Assembly (NCBI GenBank): GCA_965116495.1
Contig: OZ220696.1
Span: 384,001-448,000 of the forward strand
Source: Gammaproteobacteria bacterium
GTDB lineage: Bacteria; Pseudomonadota; Gammaproteobacteria; Eutrophobiales; Eutrophobiaceae
DNA: 64,000 nt
Reading direction: 5' to 3'
Below, piece after piece: positions 20,523 through 29,417 of the stretch; the stretch's first letter is position 1; each line of letters opens with the position of its first letter. A program made the translations under genes and the position numbers. Below the pieces are notes generated by a model. The model was not told the origin of the DNA. It saw only the letters and a program-made list of their open reading frames with translations, and ran no database searches.

Positions 20523-20915
20523 CTATTGTGGCATGTAGTTAATTCTGAAGGGGTTTCCTTCCGGGTCTCTTAATACCGCTTGATACCAACCATAGTAGGT
20601 TTCAAACGGCGGTTTAAGCATTGTTCCACCCAGTTCAACTGCATAATTGCAACGAGCATCAACATCTTCCCGGCTTGATGCACCAAAGGTTATTAAGAGC
20701 GTGTCTGTTTGGGTATCTGGTTTAGTTAGTGACAAAAGCCCGTAGGCATCCAGGCTACTTATGCCGATACAACATGCGCCTGTTTCGAAGCCTCTGAAAT
20801 AATCTGAACGACTTGCCGTTATCTCTTCAAGATTAAATAGTGTTTGATAATACTCAGCAAGGGCAACCATGTTCTTTGCAAACACATTGACATAGAATAA
20901 TGGATATTTATTCAT
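20523..20915 (-). CDS. VOC/glyoxalase family protein
   Basis: AEYYQTLF, GGTMLKPPFETYYGWYQAVLRDPEGNPF; start MNKYP preferred. Confidence 0.85.
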   Translation of the reverse strand: MNKYPLFYVNVFAKNMVALAEYYQTLFNLEEITASRSDYFRGFETGACCIGISSLDAYGLLSLTKPDTQTDTLLITFGASSREDVDARCNYAVELGGTMLKPPFETYYGWYQAVLRDPEGNPFRINYMPQ

Positions 20916-20932
20916 TTTATTTCTTAATAGAG

Positions 20933-21916
20933 TCAAGCTGATTTTCCGTACGTTTTCTCATACATGTAAGCAACATGTTCCCCGGCAGTCGTCTCCGGGA
21001 AATCCAGCTCTCCGGATTCAGGCATGCAGGTAGGGACACATTTGACCTTGTAAAAATAATCAGGATCAAAGAAAGTGGGGCAGGAATAGCGGCTTTTGCC
21101 ACTCTGGTTATTAACGACACGGTGCATATTGGAGCGATATACACCATTGGTGAACACACGCATCATTTCGCCCAGATTGACGACAAACGTGCCTTCTATT
21201 GGAGGGGTTCTGATCCAGTCACCTGCGGAGTTTTGCACTTCCAATCCGCCAATATCGTCCTGCAAAAGCATGGTTAACATACCCCAGTCCGTGTGTGCCC
21301 CTGCCCCAAGTTGATTGGCAACAATTTCGGATTCCTGGGACGGATAATGCAGCAGACGGCCAACCATCACAGGTTCGGATAAGCCCTCGTCGAAATAAGC
21401 CTCGGTCAGATCCAGTGACAAGGCGAGTATCTTTGAAAGCGTTCTGCCCAGGTCCCGCATCAAATCAACATATTCATTAAATGAATCTTTAAAACCCTCT
21501 GGTTGTTCCGGCCATTGATTGGAACCCGTGTTGGGCACTCCTTGTTTCACATAAGGGTGGTTTTCATCCAGGTCATTACCGATAAGAAAGCCTTCTTTTA
21601 AATCGGGTGGCGAACCTTCGTCTAACGTCTGTGCCTTGATAGGTTCGTAGCCGCGAGTACAGGATGAGTTGTTGATATGAACTCTGTTCTTATCCGCTGC
21701 AGGCAAAGCGAAGAATAGTCTTGCCAGCTCAAGATGTTGCTCCATGCGCTCAACAGGAATGCCGTGGTTACTGATATAAAAGAATCCTGTTTCCCTGGAG
21801 GCTTTATGCACCTCCCATGCCACGGCTTTCTTCGCCTCTATATCACCGGAAAAATAAGGGGTAAGGTCAATAACCGGTATCCTGTCAGCGGCCTTTGCGG
21901 GGGTGTAAGTAATCAT
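20933..21916 (-). CDS. 2-oxoglutarate/Fe(II) oxygenase, isopenicillin N synthase-like
   Basis: IPVIDL, GFFYISNHG, HTDWG, HRVV, RYS. Confidence 0.92.
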   Translation of the reverse strand: MITYTPAKAADRIPVIDLTPYFSGDIEAKKAVAWEVHKASRETGFFYISNHGIPVERMEQHLELARLFFALPAADKNRVHINNSSCTRGYEPIKAQTLDEGSPPDLKEGFLIGNDLDENHPYVKQGVPNTGSNQWPEQPEGFKDSFNEYVDLMRDLGRTLSKILALSLDLTEAYFDEGLSEPVMVGRLLHYPSQESEIVANQLGAGAHTDWGMLTMLLQDDIGGLEVQNSAGDWIRTPPIEGTFVVNLGEMMRVFTNGVYRSNMHRVVNNQSGKSRYSCPTFFDPDYFYKVKCVPTCMPESGELDFPETTAGEHVAYMYEKTYGKSA

Positions 21917-22087
21917 AGAATGGGGTCAGGTCGCACAATGCACGTTGTAATCATAGAATGGGGTCAGGTCGCACAATACACGTTGTAGGTGAAGTGACGT
22001 TGTATTTTGGAATCAGCAGAACTGCAGCGGGCCGAACGTTGAAAGAATGAGCCTCAAGTGTGCATTGTGCGACCTGACCCCATTCTA
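21916..22087. mobile_element. Short deletion derivative of RAYT element with tandemly duplicated left end
   Basis: 28-bp inverted repeat TAGAATGGGGTCAGGTCGCACAATGCAC; 38-bp tandem duplication 21909-21984; interior matches the last codons of the transposase. Confidence 0.9.
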
Positions 22088-22091
22088 CATT

Positions 22092-23291
22092 CTACCCATT
22101 TAACTGGACTCTGAGTTCGCTTACTTCGCTGACAAACATATTGGTGTTTATCTTGAAGCTTTTTAACCGGGCATTGGAGTAGCTGCCTACCAGTTCTGCG
22201 ACGGCTTCCTGGGTCTCGATTAATGCTACATGCTGGCCGAGACAGGAGTATAGGCCGCCGCCGAAGTCCAGCAGATGGTGGACAACTTTCCGGGTCGGAT
22301 CGTAGCGTAACGGATCGTCGTAAACCCTCGGGTCGCGGTGGGCCGCGGGTATCAAGTGATGGACCGGTGTGCCTTCAGGGATCAGGACTCCACCATATTC
22401 CAGGTCTTCTGAAGCATAGCGCATCAGCGTATTGATACGGCCGGACAAACGGATAGTTTCATCGACAGCAGCAGGAATCAGCTCAGGATGATCAATGACT
22501 TGTTGCCAGCGTTGCCTGTCACTCGCAAGCCGGCCGATGACCGTGGCGATGCCATGGGCGGTATTGTCGGTACTGGCCTCGTTGAACATGGAGACAATGT
22601 GGAACAACTCCTGCTCACTGAAATGACCGGCCTGGTGCTGGGCAATGAAATTGGCGAGGAGATTTTCCTTCGGCGCTTCCATTGCATTGTCTATGAGGCT
22701 TTGGACATAGGGAAACAATTCATCGTAGGCGGCGATAATACCGGGGGTAAATTCAGGATTTCTGCTGAATATCTTCAGAAGCCGGTCAGACAGGTCGGCG
22801 ATCCAGGGGGCATCACTCAGCGGTGCGCCAAACCATAGACAAAACAGGCTGGATGGGACCGAAAAAGCAAAATCGTGCAGCAGATCGGTTTCTGTGTCCG
22901 GCTCTATGTTCTGCAGGAGGTCCTTGACCAGTTGCCGGATCATGGGGCGTTGTTCTTCGATAACCGAGGCGCCGATTGCCCGCGTCAATGCCTGGCGGAT
23001 ACGCGTGCGGTATGCATCCCGGCCGTGGCTTAATAACATGCATCTCTTGAATTCCTTTGCCGGTCCTTCAGGAAAGTTCATGGCCTCGACCAGGCCCATA
23101 TGATCTGAATGTAAGCGCCGATCCCTTAACAAGCCGACACATTCCTTATGTCCCAGCACTTCCAGCCCGCGGGCACTGCGGGCGAAGGGCCCCCGTTCGT
23201 GGGCCGACATGACAATAGCATCAAAATCGTCACTGGAGGCAAAGGCTGCGGTGATATCAATGGTGGGGAGTTGGTCGATGGTGAGTGTCAT
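22092..23291 (-). CDS. Cytochrome P450
   Basis: ETIR (ExxR), HRDP, FGGGLYSCLG; I-helix EASTDNT. Confidence 0.92.
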   Translation of the reverse strand: MTLTIDQLPTIDITAAFASSDDFDAIVMSAHERGPFARSARGLEVLGHKECVGLLRDRRLHSDHMGLVEAMNFPEGPAKEFKRCMLLSHGRDAYRTRIRQALTRAIGASVIEEQRPMIRQLVKDLLQNIEPDTETDLLHDFAFSVPSSLFCLWFGAPLSDAPWIADLSDRLLKIFSRNPEFTPGIIAAYDELFPYVQSLIDNAMEAPKENLLANFIAQHQAGHFSEQELFHIVSMFNEASTDNTAHGIATVIGRLASDRQRWQQVIDHPELIPAAVDETIRLSGRINTLMRYASEDLEYGGVLIPEGTPVHHLIPAAHRDPRVYDDPLRYDPTRKVVHHLLDFGGGLYSCLGQHVALIETQEAVAELVGSYSNARLKSFKINTNMFVSEVSELRVQLNG

Positions 23292-23498
23292 GAGACTCCT
23301 GTGGATACCTCTGTTTAAGCCCGTTTAACCGACTGCTATTTTAGCAGGATACAGAGTCTTCCAATCATAATTATTGTTTACAAGTGATGATTATTTGTTA
23401 TGCATCCCCGTAATCGCCCGGGCTTACTGGTAGCTGGTGATAACGCTCATGGCCGATAACTTTTTCGTCATCGTGCCGTCTCCGGTAAGAAATATGGG

Positions 23499-24695
23499 TT
23501 AGCTGCTCGATTCCCGGATCATCTTGCGTAGCATGCGTACGCCGACGAGCTTGATCATCAGACTTTTAAAAAGGGAAGGCGGGGCCGTGTTGGCTGCGGA
23601 AACATACTGGTTGATGCCTAGTTGCTCGCGCAGGTCCTCGGACATGGCCTGCATGGGGCCGTCGGACGGGATGCCGGTCGCATCGGCGATACGCACCATG
23701 CGCTGGAAGTTCGAAATGACCCCGGCCGCATCGACCATCGCTGCGGACCCCATCTTGTCCACCAGGGCCTGACGCGTCGACTCCAGCGCAGCGCCTTCAA
23801 CTCCCATGCAGGCGTTGGTGTACTGCAGCAGTTCGCGGGAATCAGGTATTCCCCTGATCTCGGTGCAGGACGGATCAGTGAGGCCGTCGAAGTCGATGGA
23901 CCCGCCTGTCAGTTCGACGCTCTCACGGAGCATCACCACATGTGAGGCAGTTCAGTAGAAACAGCCGTTGAGTGCGGACACCCGGGCGGCCACTACCTCG
24001 GTCTGGGGGCGGGACAGGGTTCCCTGGGGGGACTTGGTTACATTCCACACCTCGTCAACCTTCAGGTAATGCGCTATGGAAGTATCAAGCAGGGTGCGCA
24101 CCTCGTCGGGGACCAGGCTCAGCGCCCGGATGACGTAGCCGCGCATGTCGCCTTCCCACAGGTCCGCGTCAGGCCCGGAATCTACCCGCATCGGGAGTAT
24201 CGGGACCCAGGCCCGGTCGTAGGCAGCATTGTCGGGACGGTAACGGCTAGGCTCGCCCGGTTGCGGTTCCGGCAGTTCATTCAGGGGCAGGCCGAGGCAG
24301 CGGCAGAATTCGTCTATGGAGAACACCGCGACCTGGGTGCCGATAATTTCAACGTACTGTTCTACGCTGAGACCCTGCTGCATGATCCCGTCAAACCAGC
24401 TTTTCGTGAGCCGCGCCGAATCGGTGGTCACGCGGTGGATGACTTCGACCACCACATCGGGAAGATCGCTGACTGTGTCATGGGCCCCGTCAACCGTGTA
24501 TGGAGATAACGCTTCCTTGCGCCGGCGACAGAGATTGCATTGCTGTGAGTGGCGGATTTCCCTGGCTATGTCGACCCGTTCAGCACCCGTGAACCAATTA
24601 CCCGGAGCAGCCAGGCGCTGCCAGTAACGGTTATGGCTTGCAGCGAAATTCTCGCGCACCGGCCAGGGAGCATTGCTGTAGTCAATCACACTCAT
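23499..24695 (-). CDS. AhpD/alkylhydroperoxidase-like selenoprotein (about 398 aa, Sec at UGA 23952-23954)
   Basis: ORFs 23952-24695 and 23499-23939 are in frame across one TGA: VSALNGCFY-U-TASH (CxxU..H); hairpin downstream. Confidence 0.8.
23902..23950 (-). promoter_or_regulatory. Candidate bacterial SECIS element
   Basis: Directly 3' of UGA: lower stem CUGCCU/AGGCGG, upper stem GAUGCUC/GAGCGUC, apical loop CGUGA. Confidence 0.6.
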
Positions 24696-24750
24696 TTGCA
24701 GGAATTCTCCCTGATTCTACAGGTTGCGTCAACGCAGTTGTTTGCCCGGC

Positions 24751-24824
24751 AAATTTGGGACAGCCATAAATTTCGGACCAGTATAAATTTGGACTGACCA
24801 TCAATTTATGGGTGTCCCAAATTT
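24751..24824. repeat. Palindromic repeat doublet (family C)
   Basis: AAATTTGGGACAGCCATAAATT ... AATTTATGGGTGTCCCAAATTT. Confidence 0.85.
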
Positions 24825-24862
24825 ACTTCCCTGAATATGCTGGTGGCATCAACAACGCGCGA

Positions 24863-27244
24863 CTATTCTCCGTAAGCCCAGCTTAGCTGTGCGCCGAAGG
24901 TGCGTGGCGTCACGGTGAACAACCTGTACGTATCCGGTCCCCAGGAACCGTCTATGTCAATTTTTGCCCGCTTGTCGGTAATGTTGTCCACGAAGAAACG
25001 CAGGCCCCAGTCGCCATGCTGAAAATTGGCGCTCAGGTTCAACAGGAAATAATCTCCAATTTCAACAAAGCCGGGAAAGTTGTCGTTGAAGAACGTGTCG
25101 GATTCACCCGTGTAGGAGAAATTGCCGCGCAGTGATGCTTCCGTGTTATCCAGCATGGTAAACGGGAACGTATATTCCATGGTGCCGGAGAAAGCCCACT
25201 CGGGCACTTTTGGTATATTGTCGCCGTCCACACCCAGGGGAGGGGTAAACCCCGGTGCAGCCAGGCCCGGGTCTACAACTTGATCTTCGGTCAGTTCCGC
25301 ATTGAGCCAGGTGGCGCCGAAGTGCAGCAAAAATTGATCCGTCGGCCGCGCGGACAGTTCAAGCTCGAGCCCGTCCACCTCAGCCTCCGCCGCGTTGGAA
25401 ATGAACTCGACAGCGCCGGTGGGCTCCACGCCGGGCACCTGCATGTTGTCCCAGAACATCTTGAAATACGTCGCATTCAGGGTGATCCGGTCGTCGTTCC
25501 AGGAGGTCTTGGCACCAACCTCGACGCTCAGGACTTCGTCTGAAGTGAACGCAGCGGGGATGCTGATACCGAAAGCGGATGCTGTCGAAGCATCGTTTAT
25601 CCCCCCCTGCCTGAAACCGGTCGCAGCGCGTACGTAGTACATCTGGCTGTCAGTGGGTGCAAAGGACAGGCTGGCATCCCAGGTTATTTCGTCTTCCTTT
25701 GCGACATCATCAACTGTTACTGTCGGAGTAGTCTGGATCGGACCGCCGAACAACGGTGGGATGGTAAAAGCGATACTGCCCTGGAAGGCCTGCAGGGTCT
25801 GCTCCAGGTTATCCTGTTCCGAGTCAAAATAACGCACGCCGCCGCCCAGGGTAATCTGCTCCGTTACCTCGAAATCAACGTGGCCGAATACCGCGAAGAA
25901 CTCAAAATCGATATCCTGGCTGCGGGCGAACGCCAGGGAAGCGCCGGCCAGCGCCGGGTCCGTGATACATTCATCCCTGCTGCGGCAAACGGGTATGCCT
26001 GTGACTATGTCGCCGGCCAGGATATCCAGTTCGGAGTACGTCTCATCGTCTTCGTAGAAGAAACCGCCGACAAAGTTGACCGGACCGTCAAGGTTGGAAC
26101 TGAAGCGGATTTCCGCGTTGAATACATCGCGGTCCTGGAACTGGTGAATGCCGTAGGAGCCGAGCGGAGGACCGAACGCCGGTGGAAAGCCGAATGACAT
26201 GGCGGTGGCCGAGGTGTCTTCCAGAAATTCCACGTTACGCTCGAATTTCGAAATGGAGCCGAGCAGCGAACCGAACCCCAGGTCGTAATCGATGGTGATA
26301 CCGTACATGTCGATATCGTCACCGTAAGGTTCCTGGTGGGCGGTCGATGTCTTCAGGTCGCCGAACGTGCCGTCGAATGCCGGGATAAAATGCGGGAAGG
26401 GCACGACGATCACCTGGGTCGGCGTAAGCAGGCCGCTGGCAACAGGTGCATAGTGCTGGGCGCCGTCCACCTTCGTTTCCTGCATCTGGTAAAACGCATC
26501 GATGGTCAGGTTCTCGTTCGGTGTCAGGCGCGCCATGATGCGGCCGCCGGTTATTTCCGAATCATTAACGTCTTTCAGTTCGGTGGGAGCGTTCAAACCG
26601 GCGTACTGGTCAATATACCCGCCTTGTTCTTTCTGCCAGCCCACCAGGCGCAGGGCAAGCGTGTCCGCAATCAGCGGCACGTTGACCGCGGCGTTGACGG
26701 AGTAACCCTCGTCACCATGCTCGGTCGATTCAAATCCCGCAGAAACATTCATCTCGAACGCGGACGCATCCGGCTTGTTGGTGATGATTCTCACCGCGCC
26801 GCTCATGGAACTGGCCCCGAACAAGGTACCCTGCGGACCTTTCAGCACCTCGATGCGGGCTATGTCATAGGCGCCTATATCGGGCGTACGGCCGCCGCCG
26901 TCCTGGAAGTTGCCGCCGGTGATAGGAGACTCGTCGAAGTAAACACCCACGGTGCTGTCACCGGGTGAGGAAATGCCGCGGATGATCAACTGGGTGTCAC
27001 CCACACCCTGCGTAGCGTATTGCAGCCCCGGTTCCAGGCGGGAGAAATCTTCCAGGGAACGCAGGTCGTGCTTGTCTATGGTATCGCCGGTTATGGCGGT
27101 GATCCCGCCTGCAATGTCCTGTACCGATACTTCGCCGCGTTTGGTCGCGGTAACGACAATTTCTTCAATGCCCTGGGCGTGGACTTCAGACAGACAAAGC
27201 ACAGGTAAGAGTGCAATGATGGAATATTTACTGAAAAATTTCAT
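24863..27244 (-). CDS. TonB-dependent receptor
   Basis: IEEIVVTATKR, RIEVLKGPQGTLFG, PRTFGAQLSWAY. Confidence 0.95.
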   Translation of the reverse strand: MKFFSKYSIIALLPVLCLSEVHAQGIEEIVVTATKRGEVSVQDIAGGITAITGDTIDKHDLRSLEDFSRLEPGLQYATQGVGDTQLIIRGISSPGDSTVGVYFDESPITGGNFQDGGGRTPDIGAYDIARIEVLKGPQGTLFGASSMSGAVRIITNKPDASAFEMNVSAGFESTEHGDEGYSVNAAVNVPLIADTLALRLVGWQKEQGGYIDQYAGLNAPTELKDVNDSEITGGRIMARLTPNENLTIDAFYQMQETKVDGAQHYAPVASGLLTPTQVIVVPFPHFIPAFDGTFGDLKTSTAHQEPYGDDIDMYGITIDYDLGFGSLLGSISKFERNVEFLEDTSATAMSFGFPPAFGPPLGSYGIHQFQDRDVFNAEIRFSSNLDGPVNFVGGFFYEDDETYSELDILAGDIVTGIPVCRSRDECITDPALAGASLAFARSQDIDFEFFAVFGHVDFEVTEQITLGGGVRYFDSEQDNLEQTLQAFQGSIAFTIPPLFGGPIQTTPTVTVDDVAKEDEITWDASLSFAPTDSQMYYVRAATGFRQGGINDASTASAFGISIPAAFTSDEVLSVEVGAKTSWNDDRITLNATYFKMFWDNMQVPGVEPTGAVEFISNAAEAEVDGLELELSARPTDQFLLHFGATWLNAELTEDQVVDPGLAAPGFTPPLGVDGDNIPKVPEWAFSGTMEYTFPFTMLDNTEASLRGNFSYTGESDTFFNDNFPGFVEIGDYFLLNLSANFQHGDWGLRFFVDNITDKRAKIDIDGSWGPDTYRLFTVTPRTFGAQLSWAYGE

Positions 27245-27381
27245 TTCGTTCCCCGGTTGTTAAATTATCCTGCAAACTGCACAATTCAATACGCGACTGT
27301 GTAAAATGAGCACTTGCCGGTAAAATTATACATAATATTGTAAATAGTTGAAGGTGTCCTGTCCCAAATCCGCCTGGGAAC

Positions 27382-27648
27382 TAGTATTCTTTCAACTTGA
27401 TATTGCCATGTTCAGCGGGTCGGGAAGCGGTTGAGCGCAAGGCGCGCCGCGCCGGGAATGGCGCGTCCTTGCCAAGCGGCGTAACGCCGCGGGCGACCGC
27501 TTCCCGGCCCGCCCGCAGGGAGCGACACAGCAACGCCAATACGGCGTTGCAGCCCTTGACAAGGGCGCGTCATTCTCTGCGGGCTGCGCCTTGTCTTGAC
27601 GCCGCTGTGTGGCTCTGAACATGGCAATATCAGGTTGAAAGAGTACTA
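27382..27648. mobile_element. MITE, 267 bp, 34-bp terminal inverted repeats starting and ending in TA
   Basis: TAGTATTCTTTCAACTTGATATTGCCATGTTCAG versus 27615-27648 (2 mismatches); GC-rich non-coding interior. Confidence 0.88.
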
Positions 27649-27662
27649 ACCAGAGGAGATTA

Positions 27663-29267
27663 TTGATGAATGCCGAAGATAAAACGCAATCAGACGTCAG
27701 TGAGTTGAAAGCCAGTCATCACCCGGAACTGGTCCGGCCCGACATGCGCGGGTTTCTCGAATTATTGCAGGAGAAGGATGAGATCATCGTCATCAAGGAG
27801 GAGGTCGATCCGCGAAATTTTGAGTTGTCGGCCATAGTCCAGCACAGTGAGAACGGACCGAACAAGGCGGTTTTGTTTGAAAACGTGAAGGGCTTCGATA
27901 TGCCGGTGGTGGCGAACCTGTACGGCACCATCCACAGGACGGCGCTGGCCCTGGGCATAGTGCCGACGGATGAGCAGATCAAAAAATATTACGACGACCC
28001 GCGCGGCAGTCCCGGATCACTGGCCGGCATGTCCGGCCGCAAGATGAACGGCTTTTCCATGGACCCCCGCTCCCGGGCGGAGCTGATCCTGATCAAGGAA
28101 CTGTTCCTGGACGCAGACCGCAGGGCCTATAACAAGGAAATACCTTATGTCATGACGGCAGATGCGCCCTGCCAGGAGGTGGTGGTCAGGGACAATATCG
28201 ATATCCTGGGCCTGTTGCCCGTGGTCTGGCACCTGAAGGAAGATGCGGGCCCCTACATCACACCGGGCGGCCTGGTACAGAAGGACCCCGATAACGGCCT
28301 GCTCAATATCGGCGTCCGGCGCCACATGGTGAGCCATGAGCGCTACGCGCCGAACCAGGTCGGCGTGCAGATCGGCACGCAGACGCCCGGCGGGAAGATC
28401 ATCCAGAAATACCATGACCGGGGCGAGCCTTGTCCGATGGCTATCTGCCTGGGGCCCGATCCGGCTACATCGGTACTTTCCACCTACTCATCGCCCCATT
28501 ACTGGATGGAACCGCCATACAGCGAGTTTGACATGACCGGGGTCATCAGCAACAGGCCGCTGGAACTGGTGAAGTGCAAGACCATCGATCTGGAGGTGCC
28601 TGCCAATACGGAAATCGTGATCGAAGGGTTATCGCCACCGCCACCGGATAACAAGATAGATGAAGGCCCGATGATGGAGTTTACCGATTATTCCGGTACG
28701 GTCGTCGAGGCGATACCGTACATGGAAGTCACGGCGGTGACTTACAGGAAGAACCCCATTTTCCATACCTGTATGTCCGGTAACTCCGAGGAGCACCGGG
28801 TGGGCTGTATCTGGGCTTTCTTCGGCTATGAACAAATGGCGCTGGAATTGATCAAAAAGCAGTTTCCGCACGTGGTGGATATCGGCATTGCCGCCGGATC
28901 CCACGCGTTTCATGCGGTGGTATCCATGAAGAAGACCTACGAAGGCGAAGACAGGCAGGTGCTCCAGTACCTGCTGGCGACCCAATACTTCAAGTTTGTG
29001 ACGGTAGTGGATGATGATATCGACCCCCATAACAGCGAGCAGGTCGAGTGGGCCAAGGCAACCCGCGCCGGACGCCGGCCGGAAGATTTCATCATCTCAC
29101 CGCAGATGCCGACCTGGGAAATGGATCCGGAGATTGACCGCCACTGGCGTGTCACAAAACTGGGCATACTGGCAACGCGGGATATCGGCGAGTCATACAC
29201 ACAACCGTCACCGGATAGAGCGATGATGGAAAAAATGCGGACAGTATTCGACAAGTACACGCAGTAA
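27663..29267 (+). CDS. UbiD family (de)carboxylase, divergent
   Basis: DMRGFL, AVLFENVKG, EDAGPYIT, VPANTEIVIEG, EGPMMEFTDY, VVDDDIDP. Confidence 0.88.
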   Translation: MMNAEDKTQSDVSELKASHHPELVRPDMRGFLELLQEKDEIIVIKEEVDPRNFELSAIVQHSENGPNKAVLFENVKGFDMPVVANLYGTIHRTALALGIVPTDEQIKKYYDDPRGSPGSLAGMSGRKMNGFSMDPRSRAELILIKELFLDADRRAYNKEIPYVMTADAPCQEVVVRDNIDILGLLPVVWHLKEDAGPYITPGGLVQKDPDNGLLNIGVRRHMVSHERYAPNQVGVQIGTQTPGGKIIQKYHDRGEPCPMAICLGPDPATSVLSTYSSPHYWMEPPYSEFDMTGVISNRPLELVKCKTIDLEVPANTEIVIEGLSPPPPDNKIDEGPMMEFTDYSGTVVEAIPYMEVTAVTYRKNPIFHTCMSGNSEEHRVGCIWAFFGYEQMALELIKKQFPHVVDIGIAAGSHAFHAVVSMKKTYEGEDRQVLQYLLATQYFKFVTVVDDDIDPHNSEQVEWAKATRAGRRPEDFIISPQMPTWEMDPEIDRHWRVTKLGILATRDIGESYTQPSPDRAMMEKMRTVFDKYTQ

Positions 29268-29272
29268 CCGGC

Positions 29273-29408
29273 AAATTTGGGACACCCATAAATTTGGTTC
29301 AAAATTCAGCCGCCCATGGATTGATGGTCAGCCCGAAATTCATGGGTGTCCCAAATTCACACCGGCCCGAAATTTATGGGTGTCCCAAATTTATATCCCA
29401 AATTTATA
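29273..29408. repeat. Family C palindromic repeat with duplicated right arm
   Basis: AAATTTGGGACACCCATAAATTT, then ATGGGTGTCCCAAATT twice (about 29336-29357 and 29370-29392). Confidence 0.85.
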
Positions 29409-29417
29409 CTGGCAACA

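Noticed and set aside
27392-27627. Short ORFs on both strands
   Set aside because: They lie inside the MITE, with starts supplied by its inverted repeats.
29346-29417. N-terminal extension of MFS (MSQIHTGPKFMGVPNL)
   Set aside because: Translation of family C repeat DNA.
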